This document shows positions 1 through 10,173 of a stretch of 64,000 bases of DNA, piece by piece. The notes beneath the pieces are model-generated. The model saw only the letters and a list, made by a program, of their open reading frames with translations. It did no database searches and was not told the DNA's origin. Source of the stretch: Bryobacterales bacterium. GTDB lineage: Bacteria > Acidobacteriota > Terriglobia > Bryobacterales > Bryobacteraceae. Each line of letters starts with the position of its first letter. Position 1 is the stretch's first letter. Both the position numbers and the translations under genes were made by a program. Where the stretch lies: NCBI GenBank assembly GCA_963781905.1, contig CAWAHZ010000008.1, positions 21,536 through 85,535 of the forward strand. Direction: 5' to 3'.

Positions 1-797
1 GCTTGCTGCGATTCGACGTTGGCCTGCCGGATGGCCAGTTGCGCGGGCGCATTGGTCTTGTACTGCGCCAGACGCGTTTTAACTTGCACAAGCTGCGCCT
101 CGCGCTGTTGCACTGTGCGACCCGCGGCTTCCACCGCTGCCCGGTTGGCATCCACGGTAGCGTCCTGAGCCTTGGCAGTGGCCGCAACTTGATCGAACTC
201 CTGCTGCGAGACCTCTTCATTCTTGATAAGCATTTGATAGCGAGAAAGGTCGGCTTTGGCCTTCGCGGCGTTGGCTTGCGCTTCGGCCAGCCGCGCCAGG
301 GCGGATTCGCGATCGCGCTCGGCAATTCCGACGGTGGCTTCGGCGGTGGCGACATCAGCTTCGGCGCCGCTGATATTGGTGCTGCTCTCGGTCTCAACAA
401 TCGGAACGTTGGGCCGTTGCGCCGTCACCTGGCTGCGAGCTAGAGCAACTTGAGCGCGGGCTTGATCGATCGCCACCTGGAAATCCCGCGGGTCGAGATC
501 CACTAAAGGGTCGCCGGCCTTCACTATCTGGTTGTCGTCCACATAAACCCGCGTGATGGCGCCGTCGACGCGCGAGCTGATGGCGCTCAAGTGGGCTTCC
601 ACCTGGGCGTCGTCCGTGGTTTCGAATTGACGGGACTGGAGCCAGAAATAAAGGCCGACGCCGGCGGCAATCGCCAGCACCAGGAAGAAGATGATAAATG
701 CGCGTCCGCGGCCGCGTGTTACCGGCGGCTCGGGCTTCTTTTCAGCTCCAGGTGCAGGCACCGGAGCGGCGTTGGGAGTGGTGGTCGTCGTACTCAT
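1..797 (-). CDS. HlyD/EmrA-family membrane-fusion (periplasmic adaptor) protein, C-terminus beyond window edge
   Basis: Absent from the ORF track because it is open to the window edge. My minus-strand translation from ATG 797 reads MSTTTTTPNAAPVPAPGAEKKPEPPVTRGRGRAFIIFFLVLAIAAGVGLYFWLQSRQFETTDDAQVEAHLSAISSRVDGAITRVYVDDNQIVKAGDPLVDLDPRDFQVAIDQARAQ... This gives a TM anchor, a lipoyl-like hairpin and a long coiled coil. Its start overlaps the TolC-like stop as ATGA (794-797). Confidence 0.85.
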   Translation of the reverse strand, partial: MSTTTTTPNAAPVPAPGAEKKPEPPVTRGRGRAFIIFFLVLAIAAGVGLYFWLQSRQFETTDDAQVEAHLSAISSRVDGAITRVYVDDNQIVKAGDPLVDLDPRDFQVAIDQARAQVALARSQVTAQRPNVPIVETESSTNISGAEADVATAEATVGIAERDRESALARLAEAQANAAKAKADLSRYQMLIKNEEVSQQEFDQVAATAKAQDATVDANRAAVEAAGRTVQQREAQLVQVKTRLAQYKTNAPAQLAIRQANVESQQ

Positions 798-2329
798 TGG
801 TGAACTCCGCTCAATAGAGTAGGAAGGTCGGCTTCCGCCTGGCCCATGGCGCGGGACAAGGAGATGCGGGCTAAGTCGAAGGCAAACAGCCCGGAAATGT
901 AGTCGCTTTCGGCGCTGGCCACCTGTTCCTGCGCTTGCACCACTTCTACCGTGGTTGTCACGCCGGCATTGAATCGATCGCGCGCTTCGCGCAGGGTTTC
1001 ATTGGCGAAGCCCCGATTATTCTCGGCGAGCCGGACCTCGCCGATCGCGGTTTCCAGTTCGATCAGAGCGGTGCGCACTTCCTGCTCCACGCGGCCGCGT
1101 TGATCGGCGAGTTCGGCCTGGCGCTGATGGAGCGTCGCTTCGGCCTGTTCGATGTCGGCCTTGACGCGGCCGCCCTGGAAGACCGGGACGTTAATAGCCC
1201 CCACCACCGAATACACGCCGTGATTGGAGATCGGAGTGGGGCCAAGCACTCCATAATCCGCGGTCAGCGAAGCGGAGGGAAGACGCTCGGCGTGAGCGGC
1301 GGAAACTACGATCTCGGCGGCATGCACCTGGCTCGCGGCAGCTTGCAAATCCCAGCGTTTCTGAAAGGCCTGCTGGACGGCGCCGGCTGCTTCCGGCACT
1401 GCGGGTGGATTGAACGCCAGAGGATCGCTGAGCGTCAACTGGCGATCGAGCGGCAACCCGATGAGGCGCGCCAGAGCCAGCTTCTGCTTACGTAGATCGG
1501 CCTGGAGTGCGTTCAGGCGTTGTTGCTGGCCTTGCAACTCGACCAGCGTCCGGGTGACATCGATGCGGGCGTTGGTGCCGGCCTCTTTTCGCACTTCAGC
1601 CTGATGATAGACCGCTTGTGCGTTCTCCACTTGAGCGCGTTGCGACCCGACCCGCGCGTCGGTGGCGATGGTCTGAAGATAGGCGCCGGCCACCGCCAGC
1701 ACCACGATTTCGCGCGCATCGCGGGCCGAGAGATTGGATGCATGCTCGCTCTCCTGGCTGGCATGCCAATTGCGCCGCGCAACGGGATCGTAGACGGATT
1801 GCGTCACATTCGCGAGCAGTTGCGAGTATTGAAAGGGACCGACCACGGTGGGAATGGAGAAGCCGAGGCCAGGAGGCAGGTTGAACTTGAATCCGAAGGC
1901 CGCCAGATTCACCTGCGTGCTGGTTTCGCTGGCATCGATGGAGACATAAGGCAGAAGGTTGCTGAGAGCGTTGAGGCGCAGGGCTCGCGACGCGCGCGCG
2001 GTGTCGTCGGCGGTAAGCACTCCCAGATTCGCGGCCAGACCGAGCTTCACGGCGTCGTTGAGGGTAACCGTGACAGGTCCGGCGGGAATCTTGTCGCCTT
2101 GCACGCTACCCTGGAAATCGCCGCCGATCTGTATGGAACTGTTCACTACATTCGCGCCTGGGCTGGGCGCGGCCTGCTGCTCGGTTGTGACGGAGCCTGG
2201 CGCCTGGCGTCCGGATTCAGGCAATTGCAGCGCGGGGGTTGATCGCTGGGCTCCAGTGCCTCCGAATTGGGCCCAGGCCAAAGAGGCGGCCAGGCCGGTT
2301 AGGATAATGGCGCGAAATGGACCAGTCAC
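794..2329 (-). CDS. TolC-family outer-membrane efflux protein
   Basis: 511-aa ORF with a signal peptide (MTGPFRAIILTGLAASLAWAQ) and two tandem OEP-type repeats with coiled-coil segments (LRLNALSNLLPYVSI..., LQADLRKQKLALARLIG...). It lies upstream of and overlaps the HlyD-like gene. Confidence 0.85.
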   Translation of the reverse strand: MTGPFRAIILTGLAASLAWAQFGGTGAQRSTPALQLPESGRQAPGSVTTEQQAAPSPGANVVNSSIQIGGDFQGSVQGDKIPAGPVTVTLNDAVKLGLAANLGVLTADDTARASRALRLNALSNLLPYVSIDASETSTQVNLAAFGFKFNLPPGLGFSIPTVVGPFQYSQLLANVTQSVYDPVARRNWHASQESEHASNLSARDAREIVVLAVAGAYLQTIATDARVGSQRAQVENAQAVYHQAEVRKEAGTNARIDVTRTLVELQGQQQRLNALQADLRKQKLALARLIGLPLDRQLTLSDPLAFNPPAVPEAAGAVQQAFQKRWDLQAAASQVHAAEIVVSAAHAERLPSASLTADYGVLGPTPISNHGVYSVVGAINVPVFQGGRVKADIEQAEATLHQRQAELADQRGRVEQEVRTALIELETAIGEVRLAENNRGFANETLREARDRFNAGVTTTVEVVQAQEQVASAESDYISGLFAFDLARISLSRAMGQAEADLPTLLSGVHQ

Positions 2330-2343
2330 ATTTTCAATCTATC

Positions 2344-2365
2344 ATATACATACCTGCATGTATAT
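2344..2365. promoter_or_regulatory. Candidate TetR operator palindrome ATATACAT-N6-ATGTATAT
   Basis: Perfect 8-bp inverted arms (2344-2351 and 2358-2365) in the 48-bp divergent spacer between the TolC-like gene and the TetR gene. AGGAGG (2371-2376) precedes ATG 2378. Confidence 0.45.
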
Positions 2366-2377
2366 AATGTAGGAGGC

Positions 2378-3034
2378 ATGGGCGTTGCGGCCTTGAAGAC
2401 ACGCGAACAGACCAAGCATCAACAAAGAACCGAAGCTACGCGGCGGGCTCTGCTCGAAGCGGCCCTGAAGATTTTCGCCCGGGATGGTTTTGAGGCCTCG
2501 CGGATTGAGGACATCGCGGGCGCTACGGGCCACACGCGCGGAGCTTTCTACGCCCACTTCTCGAGCAAACAGGATTTGTTCTTCGCGCTCTTCGAGCAGG
2601 AACTTGGCGACCGTTTGCGAGACTTGCGATGCATGCTGGAACACTGCCCGGATAGCGAAGGGCGGTTGCGAGCGTTGCGCAGGTTCTATGTAGGGCGTGT
2701 ATCGGATCGCCAGTGGGTAATGCTGGCGCTGGAGTTCAAGCTCTTCGCTCTCAGGCATCCCAAATTGCGTGCCGGGCTGGCGCGGACGCATCGCCGCATC
2801 CGGGAATCGCTCAAACTGGAGATGATCAGCAAGCTGATCCCGGAACTGATGAAGTCCCCGCGTGAATCGCGTGAAGTGCGGAGAGTAGCTCTAGAGGCGG
2901 TGCTCAATGGCCTGGTGCTCGAATACGCGTACGATCCAGAAACCATTTCGCAAGCGCAGGCCACTTCCGTGCTGGGCCACGTGTTCGATGTTCTGATGGC
3001 TGCCAAGCAACCGTCCGTGAATGGATCGTTATAG
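2378..3034 (+). CDS. TetR/AcrR-family transcriptional regulator
   Basis: N-terminal HTH signature TRRALLEAALKIFARDGFEASRIEDIAGATGHTRGAFYAHFSSKQDLFFALFE. Strong RBS. Divergent from the efflux genes. Confidence 0.9.
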   Translation: MGVAALKTREQTKHQQRTEATRRALLEAALKIFARDGFEASRIEDIAGATGHTRGAFYAHFSSKQDLFFALFEQELGDRLRDLRCMLEHCPDSEGRLRALRRFYVGRVSDRQWVMLALEFKLFALRHPKLRAGLARTHRRIRESLKLEMISKLIPELMKSPRESREVRRVALEAVLNGLVLEYAYDPETISQAQATSVLGHVFDVLMAAKQPSVNGSL

Positions 3035-3041
3035 TCACGGT

Positions 3042-3896
3042 TCAGAGATTACCGGTGCGGGCCACTTCGTACCAGGCAGAGCCGTCGGAGATGAATTGGA
3101 GCGTGGCGGACTTGCCGGGCGAGCCCATAATGGGGCCCGCGCTCTTGAAGTTATTCCCAAAGCTGACGGTTTTCCCGCTGATCTGATCGTTCACGATGAT
3201 CACCCACATGTGCTGGCCTGGCAGGCCGGCAGTGGTGGCTTGAATGGTGGCGCTGCCGACCGCATTGTTGGTAGTGGTTTTGTGAACGTCGCCCACCGTG
3301 GTCTCCAGCGTGACCACGCTCGCGTAGGCCATGGTCTCCATGGACGAGATGAAGCGGCGAGCCATAACATCACGGTCGCGATCGTCAGTGACGCGCGAAG
3401 CGCCTCCGCCTCCGCTTATCAGACGAAAGACCTTGCCGTCGTAATGAACCCATTGCGGCTGGCCTGCCGTGAGGGCGCCGCCCGGGTCCGTAACGCCGTC
3501 GGATCTCTTGATGCTGATGGGTCCCAGGGCGTCGACATTCAAGGAACATCGGTTGTTGCAGGGGACATCCACAGCCAGCACGAAAGTCATGCCGGTGCTA
3601 TAAGCCGCCAGTGTGCCACTGGAAATGCGGCACGCGTAGGCCGTGGAGCCGGTGGCGGAGGAGCAGTAATTTTGCGTGCCATGGATATCGTCGCGCCGGG
3701 GGATAATCGCGGAATCGGTCGACGGTGTGCAGGTGATGCGGTTGCTTCCGTCTGGATGGCAGGACTGGATAATTCCCGTCCCCGACTCAAAGTTCAGCGT
3801 AGTTCCAGAGCCAACCGGTCTGCCTCCTACTTGGACTGTGATGTTTTGCGCGCAGGCCGCGGCCAGTGAAAGAACAAAGAGAACTGCGAGTTTCAC
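3042..3896 (-). CDS. Secreted hypothetical protein (Cys-rich, beta-rich)
   Basis: 284-aa ORF with a Sec signal (MKLAVLFVLSLAAACAQ). Internal segment LNVDALGPISIKRSDGVTDPGGALTAGQPQWVHYDGKVFRLI resembles a motif common in phage tail-fibre-like proteins. No enzymatic motif recognised. Confidence 0.55.
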   Translation of the reverse strand: MKLAVLFVLSLAAACAQNITVQVGGRPVGSGTTLNFESGTGIIQSCHPDGSNRITCTPSTDSAIIPRRDDIHGTQNYCSSATGSTAYACRISSGTLAAYSTGMTFVLAVDVPCNNRCSLNVDALGPISIKRSDGVTDPGGALTAGQPQWVHYDGKVFRLISGGGGASRVTDDRDRDVMARRFISSMETMAYASVVTLETTVGDVHKTTTNNAVGSATIQATTAGLPGQHMWVIIVNDQISGKTVSFGNNFKSAGPIMGSPGKSATLQFISDGSAWYEVARTGNL

Positions 3897-3945
3897 TAGA
3901 AACCTCCTCGTTAAGCCGTCATTGTAGCGAAGAGGATTGGAACGC

Positions 3946-4299
3946 CTAACTCAATTGGAGTTTAGCGGCTGCACTGAGGAGATGTGTGTCCAGCGTCCAC
4001 AGGCGGCAATTGCTCAAACGCGCTGAAGCGAGCAGATGCATGTCGATCCAACCGATCCCGACGCCAAACAATCGATGCCGCTCCAGGAAACCGAGGACTT
4101 CTTCGTTGTCGGCTTCAATCGCGGAAGGCATCCGCTGAAGATCGCCGAGAACGGTGGGCCTGGATCGAAGATTCCCGCAAGCAATTTCGCCGATTACGAA
4201 CGGATGCATCAGTATCTGCCCATCCTCAATTGCCTCGCTGAGCTTCGCATTGCCGTAACGGAAATGATCCACCCAGACGGACGTGTCGGCCAGTATCAT
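3946..4299 (-). CDS. vapC: Type II toxin VapC (PIN-domain ribonuclease)
   Basis: 117 aa. Starts MILADTSVWVDHF..., with the acidic PIN residues (D5, E38, D96/D104 region). ATGA overlap with the upstream antitoxin. Confidence 0.85.
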   Translation of the reverse strand: MILADTSVWVDHFRYGNAKLSEAIEDGQILMHPFVIGEIACGNLRSRPTVLGDLQRMPSAIEADNEEVLGFLERHRLFGVGIGWIDMHLLASARLSNCRLWTLDTHLLSAAAKLQLS

Positions 4300-4499
4300 T
4301 GACCTACAGTCGCCGGACGTCTGCGCGGACCCGCTTCGAAATCGGGTTGCGTTCCGCCCAAGGCTATCAACCGGCGCCCCACTTCGCGAGCGATCAGCGC
4401 TTCCAGGCCGGCCTTGACCAGCGCCGTCTTTTCCTTGATTCCGGTGAGCCGCCGGGCTTCCTCAACCAGATGTTCGTCGATGTTGAGTGTACTTCTCAT
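4296..4499 (-). CDS. vapB: Type II antitoxin VapB family
   Basis: MRSTLNIDEHLVEEARRLTGIKEKTALVKAGLEALIAREVGRRL is typical of the VapB/MazE-fold family. I chose the internal ATG at 4499 so the gene does not overlap the upstream gene's stop (4508). Confidence 0.75.
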   Translation of the reverse strand: MRSTLNIDEHLVEEARRLTGIKEKTALVKAGLEALIAREVGRRLIALGGTQPDFEAGPRRRPATVGQ

Positions 4500-4507
4500 A
4501 TGCATCA

Positions 4508-6928
4508 TTATGCACCTCCTGTGCATATGTTGTCAATAGCCAGGGTCACTCCGGCCTGGCTGGAAATTCCATCAATCGATAGAGTTACGGACTGATTTCC
4601 GGGTGGCAGAAACCCGCAGGGAATCTGCGCGTTGATTTGCATCAAGCCCGGGAAACCGGGCGCGGGTCCGGCGTAGAATAAAGATGCATTGTAGCCGGCG
4701 ATGGTGAGCGTCACGTTGCCGGTCCCGGGGCCCTGCCCCGTTGCGTAAATCGAAACTACCGAGCCTCGATCCGCCGGATTCATCGCTGAGTTGAGGCTTC
4801 CATCCTGATTCAGAGCCGCGGCTTGGCCGGTTGCGCCGATGGTGAAAATGCCGGGCGCCGCAGTGACCACCGGCGCAGAGCTACTGACGACTGTCATACC
4901 ATCCACAACGATGCTTATGGTCGTCGATGAGCCTGGCGTCAAGTTGCCTGGCGCGAGAGCGTTGATTTGAGTGGCGCTGGTATAGAACAGCGTTGCTGGC
5001 TGGCCCTCGAGCAGCAGTTGCGTATTCGCCGGATCAAATCCGGCGCCAAAGACCGTGATGATCTCGCCCGGCGCTATGGGCCCGGCAGCGAGGCTGGCGG
5101 CATTTACAACGGCGACCGTCGCGGTTTCCGAGGCAGCCGCGGGAGGCGTCAAACTCCGGATGCGATTGTTACCCGAGTCGGCCACCAACAGAGTTCCATT
5201 AGCCGCGATTGCGATGCCCGAGGGCCCGCTCAATTGCGCGGCCAATGCCGGGCCGCCATCGCCTGAAAAACCGGACGTGCCCGTGCCCGCGATCACTGTC
5301 ATTACGGCTGATGGACTGAGCCGGCGAACGACATTTGCGCCCGTGTCCGCGATCACCAACGTGCCATCCGATTCGAAGGCCATGCCGCTGGGTGAACTAA
5401 GTCCCTTCACGAGCGAACCCGCGGTGCCATCGGACGCAACGCTCCAGATTTGGATGGCGTCGGCGACATAGACATTGCCGGCAGTATCCACCGCCACCGC
5501 CAGTGGTCCGATGATCTTTGCGAACGTGCTGGCGGTTCCGTCCGCCGCGACACGGACGATTCGGTTGTTGCCGGAGTCGGCGATGTAAACGGATCCCTGC
5601 GTGTCAGCCGTATCAATCGCGACGGACACGGGATTGTTGAGCTGACTGGCGATGGTCATGATGGCACCAGCGGGGGTGATCTCCAGCACGTCGTTGTTGC
5701 CGGTGTCGGCAATATACAAATTGTTCGACGCATCGATGGCAATGCCGCGGGGGGCATTCAATTGGCCCGCACCACCCGTGCCCGCAAAGGTGGTGATCAC
5801 GCCCGCAGGCGTTACCATCCGGATGCGATTGTTGGATGTATCGGCGATGTACCAGTTGCCGTTAGAATCGACCGCGATGCCCGAAGGCGAATACAGCAGC
5901 GCTGCTGTAGCCAGACCGCCGTCGCCGCCAAAGTACGGTGATGTTCCGCTGCCCGCGAGGGTGGTGAGGATGCCGCCGCTCGGTATCTCCGATACGAGTG
6001 CTCCCGATGTCAGGAAGATGTCGCCGGAGGGGTCGATCGTCACATCTCTCGCCGACGCAACGCCCGGAATCGGCTGCACCACCGTGCCGAAATAGCTGGC
6101 TGCCGCGACGTATAGCATGCCTGTGGAATCCAGAGCCACCCCGGTGGGCGCAGGAGTGTGGAACACCGTGATGATGACGCCGTTATAAACCTTTCGAACG
6201 CAGTTGTTGCCGCTGTCTGCGATATAAAGCTCACCGGTGGGGTCTACCGCCAGCCCGGCTGGTGCGTTCAATTGCGCCAGCACAGCGGAAGTGGCGACCC
6301 CGGAGAATCCCGCAACGCCTGTCCCTGCCATGAGCGACAGAGTGCCGTCAGACGTGACGCGGTAGACCTGGTTGGCTCCGAAATCGGAAATGTACAGCGA
6401 ACCATCGGTGCCGAGCGCGACGTCGCGCGGCTGCGCCAATTGCGTGCTATTGGCCGGACCGCCCTGGCCGCTGCTGGTGGCCGGCAACGCGCCTCCGCCA
6501 GCCACTGTCTGGATGGTGCCATCCGTCCCGACTTTTCGCACCCGCGCATTTCCGAGGTCGGCGATGTAGAGATTGCCGGATGTATCGAACGCCAGGCCGT
6601 AGGGCTGATTCAGCAGCGCGGCATTGGCCGGTCCGCCATCTCCCGAAAAACCGGCCACACCCGTGCCTGCGACGGTCTGGATCACTCCATTGGCCGTAAT
6701 CTTGCGCACGCGATGAACGGCAGCGTCAGAGAAATAGACGTTCCCGGCGCCATCCACCACGATTCCTTCCGGCTGGCTCAATGCAGTGGATAGAGCGCTG
6801 CCGCCGTCGTCCGAGTCATCGCTTCCGGCGACCGTTTGAATGATGTAAGAAGCTGGCGTTGTATCGGCCGCGGGGATATGGGCCGCGCCTAGCAATAAAA
6901 GTACGGCGAGTCGATCATAGCTAACCAC
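4508..6928 (-). CDS. Secreted NHL-repeat beta-propeller protein with C-terminal TIGR03437-like (Solibacter uncharacterised C-terminal) Ig-like domain
   Basis: 806 aa with a signal peptide. More than 12 repeats of the form P.G.A.D..GN.Y.AD..NN.I.... The C-terminus reads VVNAASLAAGPIAPGEIITVFGAGF...LFYTSATQINALAPG...APGIFT...AALNQDGSLNS...GSVVSIYATGQG...YAGPAPGFPGLMQINAQIP. Confidence 0.8.
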   Translation of the reverse strand: MVSYDRLAVLLLLGAAHIPAADTTPASYIIQTVAGSDDSDDGGSALSTALSQPEGIVVDGAGNVYFSDAAVHRVRKITANGVIQTVAGTGVAGFSGDGGPANAALLNQPYGLAFDTSGNLYIADLGNARVRKVGTDGTIQTVAGGGALPATSSGQGGPANSTQLAQPRDVALGTDGSLYISDFGANQVYRVTSDGTLSLMAGTGVAGFSGVATSAVLAQLNAPAGLAVDPTGELYIADSGNNCVRKVYNGVIITVFHTPAPTGVALDSTGMLYVAAASYFGTVVQPIPGVASARDVTIDPSGDIFLTSGALVSEIPSGGILTTLAGSGTSPYFGGDGGLATAALLYSPSGIAVDSNGNWYIADTSNNRIRMVTPAGVITTFAGTGGAGQLNAPRGIAIDASNNLYIADTGNNDVLEITPAGAIMTIASQLNNPVSVAIDTADTQGSVYIADSGNNRIVRVAADGTASTFAKIIGPLAVAVDTAGNVYVADAIQIWSVASDGTAGSLVKGLSSPSGMAFESDGTLVIADTGANVVRRLSPSAVMTVIAGTGTSGFSGDGGPALAAQLSGPSGIAIAANGTLLVADSGNNRIRSLTPPAAASETATVAVVNAASLAAGPIAPGEIITVFGAGFDPANTQLLLEGQPATLFYTSATQINALAPGNLTPGSSTTISIVVDGMTVVSSSAPVVTAAPGIFTIGATGQAAALNQDGSLNSAMNPADRGSVVSIYATGQGPGTGNVTLTIAGYNASLFYAGPAPGFPGLMQINAQIPCGFLPPGNQSVTLSIDGISSQAGVTLAIDNICTGGA

Positions 6929-6961
6929 AGGTACTCCTGATAGGAGTAGTGTGCTGTCCCA

Positions 6962-8812
6962 ATGGAAAACTCTCAGTGCGCTTCCGATGGAAGTATCGTG
7001 AACAGGCTTATCGTCAAATTCTCTTGCTTCTTCGGATTGTTCCTGCTAGCGAGCAGCGCGGGAGCACAGCCTGCCCTGAGACTAAGAGCCTGGAACCGGG
7101 CGAATTCGAGGGGCGTGTCCACTCCCGTTTTTACCAGGACTCGGACGCCGGGGCGGTCACACTTTCTGGTGCAGTTCCCAACTGAGCCTGGGGCGCCAGA
7201 ATTGACGGCGCTGGGCGATCGGGGTGCAACCGTACTTTCCTATGTTCCTGAGGCCACGCTTTCGATCGCGATGAGCGATGGGACAGATCTGAGCGGGCTG
7301 GGGCTGCTCTGGATGGGCCGGTTGGTGCCAGCCGAAAAGCTGAGTCCAGAGCTGGACGGAATGCTCGGGGCCGGACTGGCGCCGCCGGTGCTGGTGGAAT
7401 TTTATGCAGATGTACCCGGAGATCAAGCGCGCGCCATCGCCATCCAGAGCGGCCTGGTAATTCACGAGAATCCAGACTTGTTGCCGCACCATCTGTTGAT
7501 CGAAGGCACGGTCGATCAAGTGCGACAGCTGGCGGATTGGGACGAGGTCTCGTATATCTTTCCGGCATCGGCCGATTTAATGAGCGGTGCACCGGTGCAT
7601 GGTTGCGCAGGAGCCTTGACGGCTGCCGGTCCGGTGGCACAAGGGGTTCCGCTGGTGGGCGATGGGTGGGATGGGCCTGGGCTTGGGAGCGCAAGCCTCA
7701 ACTATTCCTTCGTGAATGTGATCACGCAAGCGCCGACGGATTCGGTAGAGTCAGAGATAGAGCGCGCCTATGCGGAATGGGCCAAATATGTGCAGGTGTC
7801 ATTCACTCAGACGAACGACCCCAACGCGCCCCAAACGCTCGCCGTGATGTTTGCCAGTGGTGCGCACGGCGATGGCTATCCGTTTACCGGATCAACCGGC
7901 GTGATCGCGCATACCTTTTATCCGTATCCTCTCAATCCGGATTCCATTGCCGGCCATCAGCATTTCAACAACGACATGAGCTGGAAGATTGGGGCCGATG
8001 TAGATGTATTTAGCGTAGCGCTGCACGAAACAGGCCATGCCCTGGGCCTGGGACATTCCGACAGTCCAGATGACGTGATGTACCCGTATTACCGCATGGT
8101 CTCCGCGTTGGCGCCGGGCGATATCGCGGCCGTTCAGCAGCAGTATGCGTCGGCCAACGGATCCATTAGTCCGGCCACACCCACGCCAACACCTGCGCCA
8201 ACCCCGGTGCCGGCATCGGTGCCTCTAACGCTGACCATTCAACCGCCGGTTGCGACCACCAGCGCTTCATCCATTGCGCTGAGCGGCACAACATCGGGAG
8301 GATCAGGATCAGTGCAGGTGAACTGGTTGACCAATCAAGGCGCAGCGGGATCGGCCACCGGTTCATCTCTTTGGACCATCGCCGCGATTCCTCTTAGTGT
8401 GGGCGCTAACGCGATTACGGTAAGGGCGCAGGACGCACAGCAGGACCAGGCCGCGCAGACTGTGACAGTAACCAGCCAGCCGCCCAATCCGCCGGCGAAT
8501 CCTAGTCCTCCCGCCAACCCCGGCACCGGCGGCAATACAGCGCCGCCATCCATAACCATCCTTTCGCCGGCCATGACAACTGTCTCAACATCGGCGACTT
8601 CTATCTCGATGAATGGCACCGCACAAGATAGCGCGGGACTAACGCAGGTGACCTGGTCTAGTTCCACGGGGGGAGGAGGCATCGCGACCGGCACCACCAA
8701 TTGGGCAACGGGGCCAATCCCGCTTTATGTGGGGATGACCACCATCATCATCTATGCCAACGATGTGGCAGGAAATCAGTCTTGGAGGGCCATCACAGTC
8801 ACGAGATACTAG
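6962..8812 (+). CDS. Matrixin-family (M10) zinc metalloprotease with two C-terminal Ig-like repeats
   Basis: Zinc motif HETGHALGLGHSDSPDDVMYPYY (HExxHxxGxxH plus Met-turn). Signal-like N-terminus. Pro/Thr linkers. Two homologous ~70-aa C-terminal domains. The exact start is uncertain. Confidence 0.8.
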   Translation: MENSQCASDGSIVNRLIVKFSCFFGLFLLASSAGAQPALRLRAWNRANSRGVSTPVFTRTRTPGRSHFLVQFPTEPGAPELTALGDRGATVLSYVPEATLSIAMSDGTDLSGLGLLWMGRLVPAEKLSPELDGMLGAGLAPPVLVEFYADVPGDQARAIAIQSGLVIHENPDLLPHHLLIEGTVDQVRQLADWDEVSYIFPASADLMSGAPVHGCAGALTAAGPVAQGVPLVGDGWDGPGLGSASLNYSFVNVITQAPTDSVESEIERAYAEWAKYVQVSFTQTNDPNAPQTLAVMFASGAHGDGYPFTGSTGVIAHTFYPYPLNPDSIAGHQHFNNDMSWKIGADVDVFSVALHETGHALGLGHSDSPDDVMYPYYRMVSALAPGDIAAVQQQYASANGSISPATPTPTPAPTPVPASVPLTLTIQPPVATTSASSIALSGTTSGGSGSVQVNWLTNQGAAGSATGSSLWTIAAIPLSVGANAITVRAQDAQQDQAAQTVTVTSQPPNPPANPSPPANPGTGGNTAPPSITILSPAMTTVSTSATSISMNGTAQDSAGLTQVTWSSSTGGGGIATGTTNWATGPIPLYVGMTTIIIYANDVAGNQSWRAITVTRY

Positions 8813-8815
8813 CCC

Positions 8816-10171
<1,356 letters not shown>

Positions 10172-10173
10172 TC

